A stretch of 58,456 nucleotides of DNA, the filler included, from Bipalium vagum (Eukaryota), in the NCBI GenBank assembly GCA_037834085.1. It is 3 parts of 3 records of this genome, joined end to end, with 100 filler letters (N's around TTAATTAATTAA, not from the genome) between each part and the next. Parts side by side here need not be neighbours in the genome. Positions count along the whole stretch, not along the records: positions 1 to 17,682 come from JBBMKC010056062.1; 2 more parts are not named here. One strand, written 5' to 3'. Below are positions 1 to 13,320 of the stretch, piece after piece (the first letter of the stretch is position 1; every line of letters starts with the position of its first letter). The position numbers and the translations under genes were made by a program. Below the pieces are notes generated by a model. It saw nothing but the letters and a program-made list of their open reading frames with translations, was not told where the DNA came from and did not search any database.

Positions 1-38
<38 letters not shown>
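1..38. repeat. (AAT)n microsatellite
   Basis: Direct reading of tandem ATA units at the window start. Confidence 0.95.
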
Positions 39-152
39 TTGTTACGTGATAGAACACATTACTACTAACATTGTCATTCGTAATACAACTAGTACCTATT
101 GTTTTAATATTCGATCTAATTTAATCTAAATGACGTCATCTTTTCTTTTCAG

Positions 153-281
153 CTTCCTTCTTTGAAGGAATATTTGATGAGCTCAGAAAAACTGATTTAT
201 CTATTTGAAATATTAGGAATTATTTTGGGTTATACCATAATGGCTCTGGTGGCATTCTTTGAAGATATGATTCAAGTTTGA
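153..281 (+). CDS. Terminal coding exon of a LIV-1 family ZIP (SLC39A) zinc/metal transporter (last TM helix)
   Basis: Polypyrimidine acceptor tcttttcttttcAG (AG at 151-152), then phase-0 LPSLKEYLMSSEKLIYLFEILGIILGYTIMALVAFFEDMIQV* (TGA 279-281). Resembles the LIV-1 ZIP C-terminus (DM|LP...GLLLG..IMLLIALYE..I), including the intron just before LP. AATAAA follows at 315. Confidence 0.75.
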   Translation, partial: LPSLKEYLMSSEKLIYLFEILGIILGYTIMALVAFFEDMIQV

Positions 282-314
282 CGGTTTTCCCAGCTATACA
301 TTTAAATGTTATTC

Positions 315-320
315 AATAAA
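315..320 (+). terminator. Candidate polyadenylation signal (AATAAA) of the ZIP gene
   Basis: AATAAA 34 nt after the stop, followed by T-rich sequence. The motif is common in AT-rich DNA. Confidence 0.4.
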
Positions 321-1703
321 ATATTTCATATTTATTTTATATTTTAATAAACCAACTTTCGGGCTTGTTTATCGATTCATAATTTTTGATGAAAAAAATT
401 TTTCTACCACTAAATTATTATTATAATAAATAACTTTTTAATTATGTATTTTAACTAATTTTGCAAGAATAAGATAAGGAATCTTAGAGGATTTTTTATT
501 ATTGTAATATAAGAGACCTTTTCGAAGCTATGTGAGAAACAGAAGGAATGAAATATAATATCTCGTAAAGATTTTACTTTATGAAAGAGTGGAAGTGGTG
601 ACTATGGGCCCCATGGATTATATTGTATCATATTTTGTTGAGAATTTATTTTTATATCATCTGGTAGAAATTGTTCCATGTCTTTCCTTTCGATTGTTAG
701 GGAAAATATTTACTTTTTCACGGAGAATCATATGAATATCTGAGTTAATTTTAACTTTAAATTGAATTTAACAATTTTTTAATCATAGAAAACATGTAAC
801 GTTAGACTTAATTCCTATCTTGTTTAGGTTTCCTTTTTTACGAAGTTTATAGGAACTTTCAAAGATCAAAATATTTCAAACTTAAAAATATAAATAAAAT
901 TACACATTCAAACCGTGACTGAAATTTTAATTTTATGTAGGAATGGTTACATAATCGACTGTCGTTTTAATTATTAAAAAAACAACACTGAGAATTATTT
1001 ACAATTATTTTGAAATGAATGGCATTTTCGTTATTTCGGAAACAAAACGTTCATGATGGCCAGGAAAGATTGACGGGTGTTGAAAAAATTTTGTGTCACA
1101 TTTGGCATATAAGGATTTATCAACAATTTATGTAATCAATGGTTTCTTATTTTTCACTTGAAACTGTTTAGTAAAATTTATTTATTAAATTTAACACAAT
1201 GTTGTAAGAGAGTACACCGCGTGTACTAAATATACCTTAGCATTTTCTAATGGTTTTGGCAAACCTTCAGCCATTTCTATGTTTTCCAGTTTTTCACGAT
1301 GCTTAATTTTTTACAATCTTAATGTTTACAGATAACAGTAAAACAAAAATATTTTTCTTGATTTTTGCTGCAAGAAATAGTAATTGATTTTAAATGTCAT
1401 TTATCTTTGAAATATTGTATTTTATGAAAAAGATTTTGAATATATATATATATATATATAATTTTTAAAATCACATTCAAGAGAAACGCTGTTTAAAATT
1501 TTCATAAGAAAGTAAATGATAAAAAATAAATGAAAATCATTTGATTTATCGTTAATATTTATAACATGATTTCAACATAGAATAATAAAAATAAAAATAT
1601 GTAAATGTAAAATAATCGTTTAATTAAAACAGTATATTTGTGATCATGTACAGTTATGTTCGGAATATATGTATATCTGTTCTTTTGGAAAATATAATAG
1701 CCT

Positions 1704-1985
1704 TCATTTCGTTTCGAAATTTGTTTGAGACGATTTAATTCGATATCTGAAGTACGATTTCCAGTCGGAAACAAGCTTTCTATATCTTGGATTGATGCAA
1801 AAGTATATTATCGGATTGTAGCAGCTGGCTGATGCAGACAACCAGGAAACAGTCAACCAGAGAAGTCTTTTGTTTTTCCAGAAAGATACCTTCGTCGTTG
1901 GGTTCAGTGAACATAGATACAAAACATGACGAGGAAGTTGAGCCAGTGTATATAAAACAGATATAGTAATCACAGTTTTGAGAAG
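1704..1985 (-). CDS. Terminal exon (TM6-TM7-helix 8) of a rhodopsin-family, probably neuropeptide, GPCR
   Basis: Minus-strand acceptor tttttcAG (1988-1986), then phase-0 LLKTVITISVLYTLAQLPRHVLYL...WLSASASCYNPIIYFCINPRYRK...ETK*. Shows the NPxxY motif and a helix-8 basic segment. Upstream exons were not located. Confidence 0.85.
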   Translation of the reverse strand, partial: LLKTVITISVLYTLAQLPRHVLYLCSLNPTTKVSFWKNKRLLWLTVSWLSASASCYNPIIYFCINPRYRKLVSDWKSYFRYRIKSSQTNFETK

Positions 1986-2145
1986 CTGAAAAATATTAAA
2001 GTTGTTTATTTTTATAAATGAATCAATATTTTATTTTCTAATATAGTTTTAATTATTATATTAAAAAGAAATATTTATAAAAGAAATACTTTTCCAGTCT
2101 ATATTTAAATATAACTAATAAAAAATAAGTAACTCGAAGTAATAG

Positions 2146-4020
2146 CCATCGTTAATAATGAGTTTCTCCCATCTTTGAGATAAAGATTTTCGCAAAGAGA
2201 AACGCCTGGATTCTAATTGGTTACCAAATCAAAGCTTCTGAAACACGTCATGGGCTCTTGCAATGTTTGTATGATGTTATGATCAAACAAAATAACTCAG
2301 CATTGTTTTTATATTAAAGGGATAGTTCTTTTCATGGGTACATTATTCCAAAGAAAACTTGTAACGGTTTGATCACATTTTATCACTCGTGATTAATGAT
2401 TCTCATGGTTCAACCAAATGCATTTTAGATTACTTTTCATACGGTTTTTCCCTTTTTATTCTTGACAGCTCAACGAGGTTTAAAATATTTTTTTTAGTTT
2501 TTCGTAATAAATTGATTTTTGATAATTATAGGATCAATATATTTTGGATTTGTCCAAACCCATTTTTAATTTGTCTTTTCACATTTTTAAAGCCCTAATG
2601 AAGAAAAATAATTATATTTGAAATCAAGACAGAGAAATAATCACTAAAGTATATCTATATGGTAAATCAGTTGCTGAAATAGCATCGTTAATGGGATTCA
2701 AGTCACCAGTGGTAAATGAAATCTTAAAAAAGTATTATTCTGGAAAACAAATACTATGGGAATTAAAAGTAGACCAAGATTTTATAGGTTTCAGCTGAAA
2801 ACTTACAAATTATAAAATTTAGGATTGATCAAGACTGCACAATAACACTCAGAGAATTAGAAAGAAAAATTAAAATTTTTCTCTCAATCCATGTCACAAA
2901 AAGTACAATATTAAAGTATATTGGTTTTTTTAATTGTAGTTTAAAAGGAATATCTGTAATACGGAACGAAGAATGAAGATGTGTTTGTAATCCGCACAGT
3001 ATATGCATCAGAATTTATGAATTTAACATCAACAATCGATAGCACCAAGATTTTCTTCTGTGACGAGATTGGGTTTAATATATCAATGAGAAATGAAGGA
3101 GGAAGACCTATTATAGGAACAAGAGCAATAAAATGTATGTCTGCTCTTTGTACAATAGACATTTCAATTTGTTGTTCCATCAAAAAAATTATATTTTTAT
3201 TTTTAAGTTCAAAATCAGGCGTTCAATCAAGATTTCTTTAAAACTTGTCTTATTTCTTTTATTGAAAATTTTAATTTCAACCAATTTTGACCTGCTGTAT
3301 TAGTTATGGACAATGTTCCCTTCCACAAATGGGCATCAATTAAAAGATTGGTTCAGAAAAGCGGACATAAAATAATGTTTCTTTCACTTTATTCACCTTT
3401 TTAAAATTCCATTTAAAACATTTAACAACAACAACTTTCATAATGGAAGCAGGTTGTAAGATCAAGAAAAGGTTTGAATGAAGATCAACTTTTGAGGGCT
3501 ATTGATGATGTGTTGGAGTTAATTACTGCAGAAGAATGCGGTAACAATTACAGGCATATATTTGGATTTATTCACAGATGTTTATTAAGGACCCAATTAA
3601 TGATAAGTAGTGCAACTTAATTTATTATTTGTTATGTAATGAGTATATAAAATAAAATATTATAAGATTTATGTACTGTTTATAAAATTTTAATTTTAAT
3701 TTATTTTATTCAAAATATGGGTATACAGATTCAAGGTATAGGTGGAAACCTTGTATTAATAATGAAATTTTATTAAAATTAGTTTAATTAAATCTGGGTA
3801 TCTGGATTGTATTTGTCCACAATTAGAGACACATTTATCAAAAATAGAAAAAAGGAGAATTGACATCCGATAATTAGAAATTGGCCAACGATTGAGAAGT
3901 TGGTTGGTCAATATATAAATGACATTTTAATTGATAAATTCGCCACTCTAAAGTATTAGTCATAAGTAGGTGTTATATTCGTGGATCTGGATTTAGGGAG
4001 AAATAATTGTTAAAGAAGAA
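2146..4020 (+). mobile_element. Decayed IS630/Tc1-like (DDE) DNA transposon
   Basis: Frameshifted transposase motifs at 2600-3610: FCDEIGFN (first Asp), LVMDNVPFHK (second Asp) and LSLYSPFLNSI. Degenerate inverted ends lie near 2150 (gttaataatgagtttctccc) and 4000 (gggagaaataattgttaa). Boundaries are approximate. Confidence 0.75.
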
Positions 4021-4354
4021 CATTATAAGAAATAAAGCTTGAAGAACCTTTTAGGTTTATTGATTATCATTTTTTTTAAAGATTCAAAAAAATTTTACGA
4101 TGGGTTCTGTCTTACTCAGTTGTCTATAAAAGTACCATATTGTTTTTTTAAAAAAAATTTTTAAAATAGAATTTGAGGCATTTAAACAAAAAAACTAAAT
4201 TTATAAAAATTAAAATACATTTAAAATATTTTTTGGTGATAAAAAAGATGATAAAAATAAGAAAAAAATATTTATTAATTAAATTTGAATGATAAAATAG
4301 TAAATAAAATAAATTTAAAATAGTATAAAAATACAGTTTTTTAATTATTATTGG

Positions 4355-4460
4355 TAACTGAATCTTAGTCTCACGCTTGGCAAAATGCTGCATAAGTCTG
4401 ACGTATTTCACTTTAATTTAAATTCATATAACAGACAAGTCCTAATTTGCGTCGTTGTCA
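4355..4460 (-). mobile_element. Mariner transposase N-terminal fragment
   Basis: Minus strand reads MTTTQIRTCLLYEFKLK*, the typical mariner IRxxLLYEFKLG start. Confidence 0.55.
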
Positions 4461-5867
4461 TTGTCTCTTATACCTTGTTTTATATTATTCAAATAAACCT
4501 ATCCTAAAAGTATAAATCAATAATTATAAAAATATTAATCTTAATGTGTTTTTAATTAAGCTTTGTACGTAGGTTTGTATTTATATAGTTTGTATATATA
4601 GAAAAGCGACGATAGTTTTTCATCAACCTGTTATAATTCTGTTTCTTTGTTTTGTTGATATTAGCTTTTATTACAATGAACAAATATCAATAAAAAGCGA
4701 ACTTCAATTAAATTTATTAAAGTTAAATTATTTATTATTAATATTATTAATATCATTGTATATACTTCACTTAAGCCATCATCTGCCAATTTTTCAAGTC
4801 TCCGTTATTTTAATTTTCATTCAAATTATTCAACGATAATAATAATAATAATAATAATATTTTCCTGTAATATTCATAAATAATTCCACGTATTATTAAC
4901 CCAAATCTGGCTTGCATAAAAGAATTTATTTCCTTTAAAAATCTACTTCATTTAAAACAAATACGTTTGGCCAGAAAATAATACAATCTTTTTAAAATTT
5001 TTTTTATTAATAGATCATTTTTCTGTTATTAATACTGAAAATAGATGGAAAATGAAATATATTTTTAAAAAAAAACAAATTTCCTCTAAATTCAGAGAAA
5101 TTTTGGAAATCCTTATAAATCTGAATAAAATTGAAAAATCCTATTAATATGTGACCATATCGGGCTAATTACTTCAGCTTCTCTGGCAATACTCAATATA
5201 ATAGTGACAGACCATTTCACCAGTCCACTAATTTGACTATTTTCTTCTTTATTTCTCCTTTATTTTCATATGAGGAAATCTGCATTAATTGGAAAGTTGA
5301 ATATTTCAAAACAGAAATCTCAACTCAAATCAAATTTAAATCTGAATTCATCTACCAGCTTTATTTTATTTATTTATTTTATTTTTCAAATATTATGGAA
5401 TAATAATTTACATAATTTTACTAAAATTAAAAATTTAAATTAACTAAAAAATTAAATAAAAATGAAAAATAGGATATCGCATTTCTTTCGGTTTCTAATA
5501 TGTAGATAATTCTTTTTATATTCAAGGCTTTTTATTTTTATAATAATATTTAAATAAGCTTGGAATATCTGACTCGAATCAAATCGTTAAAGGGTAAATT
5601 ATAAAATAATTATTTTAGTCAAAATAGGAAAAACAAAAGTAAAGATTATTTTGAAGCTTACGGAATCGGAAAAAATATCATCAAAAAATTAAAGAAAATT
5701 AATATTCTTTAAAATGAAACTTATCAACTTTATTATTCATTTATTTATTCAACCATATCTAATACACATTATTATTATTTTTTAAAATATTATTATTATA
5801 ACTAACTCTAAAAAATACAATGCATTTTTGAAAAATTAATTCATTACTTAACTGTTTGATAATTAAG

Positions 5868-5886
5868 ATAATAATAATAAAAATAA

Positions 5887-5930
<44 letters not shown>
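5868..5930. repeat. (AAT)n microsatellite
   Basis: Direct reading, with a few AAA interruptions. Confidence 0.9.
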
Positions 5931-5934
<4 letters not shown>

Positions 5935-6445
5935 GATAAAAATAAGCATAATTAGCAATTAGCTATGACAATGAATCTGATAATGATAATCAAAGTAAAA
6001 CTATTCTATCTTCACAATTTCTATTTTACCAGCTTAAATATAAATATAATTAAAACAATGTAATGTGTACACTGTCAAAAGCATTCAAGCGATAAAATAT
6101 TATTTTAAAATATTAAAAAATTTAATTAATAAATTTTTATTAGATTTGAAAATATTTGAAGGAATGGAATTTATATTTTGTTTGTTTATTTACTTTTAAT
6201 CGGAACAAGTAGTGAAAATTTTACTTAATTTTAATTTTGAAAAATATATTATTTTTCAAATTTTATTTTATCAATTGTAAAGAACGGCACCTTTAAATTC
6301 AAAATGTAAAAATATCTTCCCAATTTCAGATGTGAAGGTGACAGTCTTTCTGTGCAAAATATTTTTATTATAAAAAAGTTTGAGCTGATATGGACTACTT
6401 GAAAATTTAATCATTTATTGGAAATCATTATTGAGAAAAATAATC

Positions 6446-6669
6446 CAGGGTGTTAAATAAGTCCTTTCCGATTTTTAATGGAAAATATGTCATCTGAAAT
6501 TTTATATTTACAATTAAATAACAAATATTAAATAGGTACACACAAATCGCAGTTCCATTTATTCTTCAAAAATGTTACCTTTTTACCAATAACAAAATAA
6601 GCTCAATAAAATACATTTCTGTTGATATTAAATGTTACATAAAATCCGAAAGGAATATTTAACATCCTG
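6446..6669. mobile_element. Tc1/mariner-derived MITE (~224 bp)
   Basis: Left end cagggtgttaaataagtcctttccgatttt; right end reverse complement caggatgttaaatattcctttcggatttt. TA follows the right end. No coding content. Confidence 0.8.
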
Positions 6670-9600
6670 TATATTGAATTTCACTATTATTTCAAAAATT
6701 TAAGAAAAATAATCAATGTTTATACCTGGTACGCATAACATGTAATGAACATAAAATATAAGTTTGGGTCACTATTTTAATATATCCTCACTGCCGTTGA
6801 CACACTCATTTTACCGTTCAAACAGTTTATCAAAGCCTTTAAAGCATTTTACGAGTTATGAAAAGAGGAATAATTATAGAACACTGTTTTTAAATACCAA
6901 AAGTCTGTAAAGTATTTTATTAGAGCATCTTGGCCTAGTTTTTTGGCCATATTTTTTATTTCCAATTTGATTAGATTTTCGCTTTCAATTTTGACAATGC
7001 TGTTGGCATCCATTTCTTTTTATTCGAGATTGATGTTCTGGATTTAAGCATAAATCCAGCAACAAATAATTAAAATAGACAGAAAATTATCTTTATGCCT
7101 ACGTCGAATTTTATCAAAGATATTGATTCTCAAAATTGTTTCAAAAGTAAAATTTAATGACATTTATATGGTCAGTTGCACAGACCATGTAAATTAATTT
7201 AGAGTACAAATAAAAAAATTGACAAAAAATGAAATATATATTATTTATTTAAATATTGTTGTGTCAGTACAGAACCAACAACAATAAATACCTGATTTGT
7301 AATGGTGTTTTTCAATGGTCCAATCATACTAGATAAATCGTGTGTGGATGCATGCGAGTGATCAATTAATCCTTCTTGTACAACACCTTCATTTATCACA
7401 AGTCTTATGTTGTAGACTAGTATCTAGGGTTTGAAATCTTTTTGAACCAAACAGAGACTGGTTTATAGGAAAGGACATTTATTCTTTAAATATAAAAAAT
7501 ATTCCTTGTAGTGGAAGCAATAAAATTTACCATTTTCCAATGATATCGGATCAAATCTCGAATTTCAATTTTTCCCGTATTCATTTTACAATAATTATAA
7601 ATTCAAATAAACACATGGATATATTTATTTAAACAAAAGACCTCAAAAATATAGTTTGATAGTAAAATATTAGTGATATCATATTTTCAAAGAATTGTTA
7701 TTAAAATATAAAATAAAATTAAACTATGAAAATCTGGGAAACTTTTGATACCGCCTAATATTTTATTCTGAATAATTATTATTACTTATAATTAATTAAT
7801 TATAATTGATTATATTGTATACACGTTTTATAAAAAAAGAATATTTTTTCATCTATCATTTTATTTATTATTTTTGGACAAGCAATGTTATTGAAGCGGA
7901 GAAATCGTTATTATTTGTAACTTAGACTTATCGTTTAAAAAGAGCGTAAGAAATATAATATTTAATATAATAATACAATGACAATTTAACAACTTTTGTA
8001 CTGTAACAAATATTTAAGTTTATTTTTGAAATGCGAACCACAAAAAGTAAATATAAAGAGCATTTTATCCAAAAGTTAAAACTTTGAAGGTGACCACAAC
8101 ATTTTGGATGATCAATAAATTGTTTCAGTTTTCCTTGATCAATTCCCGGTACTTAATTGACAAAATGTAATATTATCACAAATACATTTAAAGGTCAAAT
8201 ACGTCTAAAGCGATATTCTGTGGATTTTTATTTTGTTTTAAATGATCAAATCAAACAGAATTTATTATCAATATTCACTGACAATTTTCGTGAAGAAAAA
8301 ATTTCTGAATTGAATATTGATTTTGTAAAAAGAAAACATTGAGAAATAAATGAAGCAAAATAAAGAAAGTGAAAAATAATGGAAAAAAGAATTTTATAAT
8401 TATAAATGTCAGGAAATAATTTGAGATTTAATTTTCAAATTAAAGAAAAATATTTAATTTATTTCTATTTCTAAAAATTTTTATTGAGTGCGTTTGATTA
8501 AATTAAATTTTAATAAATCGATTTAATTATTTTTATTTCTATTTTAAAGAGCTCTTTTTTCTAACCGAATTAATTTTATTAATTATTTTTATAAAGAATA
8601 AAAATATTTATTTTTTTTAATGTTTCACAGATCATTTTCACGAAATGATTAAAAAATTTTAATATATATCGAGACTAAGAAATTGTAAATATTAACAGTT
8701 TGTTTTAATAAATACTTTAAAACGGTTTACACCTTACCCGGTATATTTATAAATATTAATTAATTTGTTTACTGATCTAAAAATCTAATAAACATTTCTT
8801 TGAAAATCCATTCATTCACACAACATAAATTATATCCTTTTTTTTACTATTTTCACGAATTCATTTAAACAACAGTAATTATTTTTAAACTTTACACATA
8901 AGTATGTTTGATTTAACCTGATTATAATTAATAATATTATGAGAAATAAAATCAAAAAAATCTAGTCATTTGTTCCCTGTCTAAATTTTTAAGGGGAAAT
9001 GCTTGAGAAATTTATGAAGGAATTTTGCAATCAATGCTCCATTGTCATTTATACATATTTTATTAATTTTGCAAAAATTATTGAAACGTAAACGGGAATT
9101 TTTTAACAAAAATAATAATAGTAATAATAATATTATTATTATTATATTTTTTTAATTATTAATCAGTTTATTGAATATTTCAGAAATTTTAAAATATTTC
9201 TCGTCCAGTTTTCCTGTTTTAATTTTCGAAAAATAATTTTTTGCAAACAAATTAAAAAATTTCCTTTTAAAATAAATTTGGAATTTTTTAACAAAAGCTT
9301 TTTGCATGCAAAAATGAGCTCAATTATCATAGGGAAATCTTTCATTTTTAAGGCCAAAAAGATTTCAATACTTTTCATTTTGTTCAATGCAATTAAAACA
9401 AGTCTTTGAGAATTCAGAAATTGTTTGTCTGATTTTTGCATTGCGGCCTTACTGCAGGGATGAAGGATAATGGATAAATAATAAAGAGGTCGATTTATCT
9501 GTATGAAATTGATCCAATCCAAAATCCTTTCTATGTTACGTTTCTCACTGAATCGATCAATGTACACTAAATTATCACAACAATCTCTCTTTAAAAATAC

Positions 9601-10430
9601 AATAGTTTTAAATATTAAATATTTTAGGGATTATTATGTAAAAAGAAATAATACGGAGTAATAAAATCTCCCTTATCATTCAAATTAATTATATTTATTT
9701 TTCATATTACTAAGCGACAAAAATAATATTATTAATAATAATATAATTATTATTAATATTATAAATTTTTTTATTTTTATATCTGCTTTATTACACAAAC
9801 TCTAAAATATTTCATATACATATTGTTAATATCAATCGGTTTATAATCAGAACTACAAGTCATTTTTTGAATAGATTTATTCAGAGATAAAACAAATAAT
9901 ATTAAAACAAATTTCCTCAGACCTGGAAATTCCTTTTTTAATATTAAAAATAAGTTTATTTCTAAAATTTCATATATACTTTTTAAATATTTAAAATAAT
10001 TAAAATAAATAATTAAAAAATTCCCCAGGTCTGATTGGCCTCCTTATACAAATGTTTTTCTGAAACATCTGTTTTTTACTTATCGTTGAAAATAAAAAAA
10101 ACCTTTTGTGTTTCTAAATCTTTTATATTATTTAAATTTAAAGCAAAATTAATTTAATATTTAATTTTAGAAAATAATTTATAATAACGAAATAAATGGG
10201 CGAAAACTTAAAAGCGAATAATAATCACAAAAACAATATTGAGCAATATTAAACAGAGTAATTATAATAATAAAATATTAATAATAAATATAAACTTTGT
10301 GTTTTTTTTAATTAAAATGCTTTGTGATAAGGTCTAGCAATTATCCTTTCTGAATAATAGTCAACATTATAACAAAGATCTGTCATAATCACAAAGAAAT
10401 AATAGGTAAATTAAACTACAATTACAATTA

Positions 10431-12565
10431 CAGTAGAGGGGTTATTTATCGGACACTAATTAAATTGATTTTTATTATTTCTTTCAATATTTTTTTATAT
10501 TTGTTGTTTGGTTTAAGTAGTTGTACATATTTTTAAAATTCTATATTTAAGATACATTTTCAAATTTTGTCTGCCAATCTTGAATCTCTTTGAAAATGGA
10601 TACTACCTTAGATAACGTGCTGATGTGATAGCTTTGTTTAATGCTGGTTTATCACAGAGGGATTTTCAACACTAGTTAAAAAAGCCTATATTAACAATAA
10701 ATCTCTTGGTGATACTTTACAAGCAAACTTGGTCAATAAAAGATCGGCGAATTTGGAAATGTACAGGTAAAGCAAAGCTTTCCAGATCATATATTCAAAA
10801 GTAATTCGTGATAACATAGCAAATTATCAGAGAACAGTTAAAAAAACGTATAGCTAATAATCTAAGATTCTCTATCATTTCTAGGAGGTAAATGAATGAC
10901 TTATTAATTAATGAAGGTTGATCATGCGTCAAAGTCCCTCATGAACAATTTTTGTCACGAAATCACATTTTGCAGCGCAAAAAGTGGTCACAATAATTTA
11001 AAGAATGGACGAAATTAGATTGGCGAAAAGTCATTATCTGATAAAAAATGTATTGTAATGAATCACGGAAACAAAGAGTCTCATCAGAAAATCAACAGAT
11101 GAACGACTTACTAGCAAGGGTGCATGTGCAGACTTCAAAAATTAACTAAAACTATTGAATTATTTGATCATAATACAAAAACTATTAATTGTTATGATTG
11201 ATTTTTATAATGTGAAATAGAAATCTCTAAAAATTTTTATAAATCCTTAACCATTATAAATTATTATTATTTTTAAATATAAATTCATAAATATTTAAAA
11301 TTAGAAACTTAGAATTTCTAAAAATAGAAATTAAAATAAAAAATAATTAAAGTATAAAAAATAAAACAAAATATTAAATAAGTGATGAAATAATTCTGAA
11401 AAAAATACAAACATAGGTCTTACCGATGTATAAGGTCATCGTACCTAATTAACTAACGGAGATAAACAAATTGAAAATAATTAACAAACATCCACATTCT
11501 TAGACTGGATAAATTTGCATTTTCATATCATATATATCATTTTTTATTATTTTTAATATTTTTAAAATTATACCTTGGCAATTAATTTAAAATTGCACAA
11601 GGTCAACTAAATTTGTTCAATAATCTTTAGTACAATAAAACTAGGATTATTTATTTTATTTTTTTACAATCTCTTATTTTCTTTTCTTGCTTAGAATTTA
11701 CACAGCGTTTATGACTGCTAAATTGTCTCAGGGCCATTCAACAGCTATATACTTATAAATATTATATATATATATATATACTTATATATAAGCACTTAGA
11801 GGTTCTTATTAAATTGATCTGTAATTTTTCTTTTATATACTTGCTCATAAAAGTATTAAAAGCTTTTAATTAGTAAATATTTACTTAGTAAAATCAGCTA
11901 AGTGCATTTTATTAGTCTATTTTACAAAAATGGATAATATTAATATTATCACATACTTAAAACAGTATATTATTTTACGCAGTAAGCCGAATTAAATATT
12001 TTTAACTTGAAACATATTTGAATCACATTTATTTTCCAATTTTATCCAACAGATTATAAAATTGCAAGAAATATTGTGTAGGTTGAGGACACAATAATTT
12101 TCATTATTTAAATTACTTACTTCATTGTCTACATACTGTATTTAGTGGAGCTTACAATGAATGCAACTCAGTATTGTGAAAATATAATAAACTGTCAGTT
12201 AATTTATCAAGGTAAAGATTGGTATAATGATGAGTAATGGACCTATTAACAAGATGGCGCACCATGTCATACTGCAAAAAGCTCAATGACTTATTTTAAT
12301 AAAAATGAAATTACCCTTTCACCTTTGTCTGCATCATCGCCTGACACAAATCTAATCGAGAATATGTGGTCCATTCTAAAGAAAGACTATGCCCAGTTGA
12401 ATCAAAGTTTTAATGAGTGCTAAAGGTTAGCATACTCCTTATTAAAATTATCAAAAACATTATTGCACATTTTTCTGCTTGTTGTTTGTCAAGAATGCTG
12501 ATTGTATTTGTAAATGTAATTTGATAATACAAAACTATCGTGCCCGATTAATTCTGCTCTTATTG
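10431..12565 (+). mobile_element. Decayed Tc1 element with an internal unrelated insert
   Basis: TA-flanked degenerate TIRs (cagtagaggggttatttatcggacac vs reverse complement caataagagcagaattaatcgggcac). N-terminal remnant EWTKLDWRKVI near 11000-11040. C-terminal QDGAPCHTAK...SSPDTNLIENMWSILK at 12250-12380. Confidence 0.7.
11588..11747 (+). repeat. Dispersed repeat, copy 1 (similar to 15018-15195)
   Basis: Shared blocks aaattgcacaag, ctag.attatttatttt, acaatc.tcttattttc and tttacacagcg.t..gactg.taaattgtctcagg. Confidence 0.75.
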
Positions 12566-12739
12566 TATATTATAGAAATTGAAATTTTAAATAAGTACAT
12601 TTTAAAAGGAATTAAGAAATTTTTTTTAAGAATAAGTAAAATTAATTTATTAAACTATTAATTAAAAATATATATTTGTTTGGTATATGTGTTGTTTAAA
12701 TGCTTACTATGTTTATGCGATATTTACAATATGACAATA

Positions 12740-13320
12740 AGACACGCATAGTCATCCTATGAATGTCACAGATCAAAAGAAATTAATGGTTTAAGTTTGG
12801 TAGGATATAAAAGGCAAAATTTACTGGGAAATGCTGGGACGTCGATGCTCAATTAAACTGCGAAAAAAAGCAAGAATGAGAAATACAATTGCAGAAAATG
12901 CCAGAATTTAATAATCCAATGTATTTCCGTGATGTCTAATTGCAAGTTCCCAAGGTTATGGAGAAAAGCTTTAGTAGTGGGTGGGAAGATCAGCTAAACC
13001 AACAGTATCTCTTGATCTGGCATTAAGTGAATGTCATCTAGTCCAAGCTTGTAGAACTACTTAAATTTTACAATATTTTCAAATGATGTCGATTTGAAAG
13101 TTGTAGTTGGAGACTTTTTGGCAGTAAATCAATGACGCTTATAACGAGAGCATCAATTATTTATCTCATCGTTGTAAGTATGTGTTCAAACTTAATAGGG
13201 ATTGAATTAATTATTGGTTTATGACTTTCTCTTACATTAGTTCATTGAATTTCGCTTTATGTACCATTGTATTTTGTTATCAATAAAAATTGTGCAATTA
13301 CTTTATTTCCACTATGTTAG
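12740..13320 (+). mobile_element. Mariner C-terminal remnant with right TIR
   Basis: Degenerate GWE..HPPYSPDLAPSDYHL equivalent at 12978-13060. TIR-like aaaattgtgcaattactttatttccactatgtta near 13286-13319. Confidence 0.55.

Noticed and set aside
1704-1985. Minus-strand GPCR exon as the missing 3' end of the 5-HT receptor (inversion or trans-splicing)
   Set aside because: It contains its own TM6, which would duplicate the receptor's TM6, and its TM7 lacks the aminergic WLGY motif.
9163-9567. 134-aa minus-strand ORF
   Set aside because: Non-ATG start, K/I/L/F-biased composition typical of AT-rich non-coding DNA, and no motif recognised.
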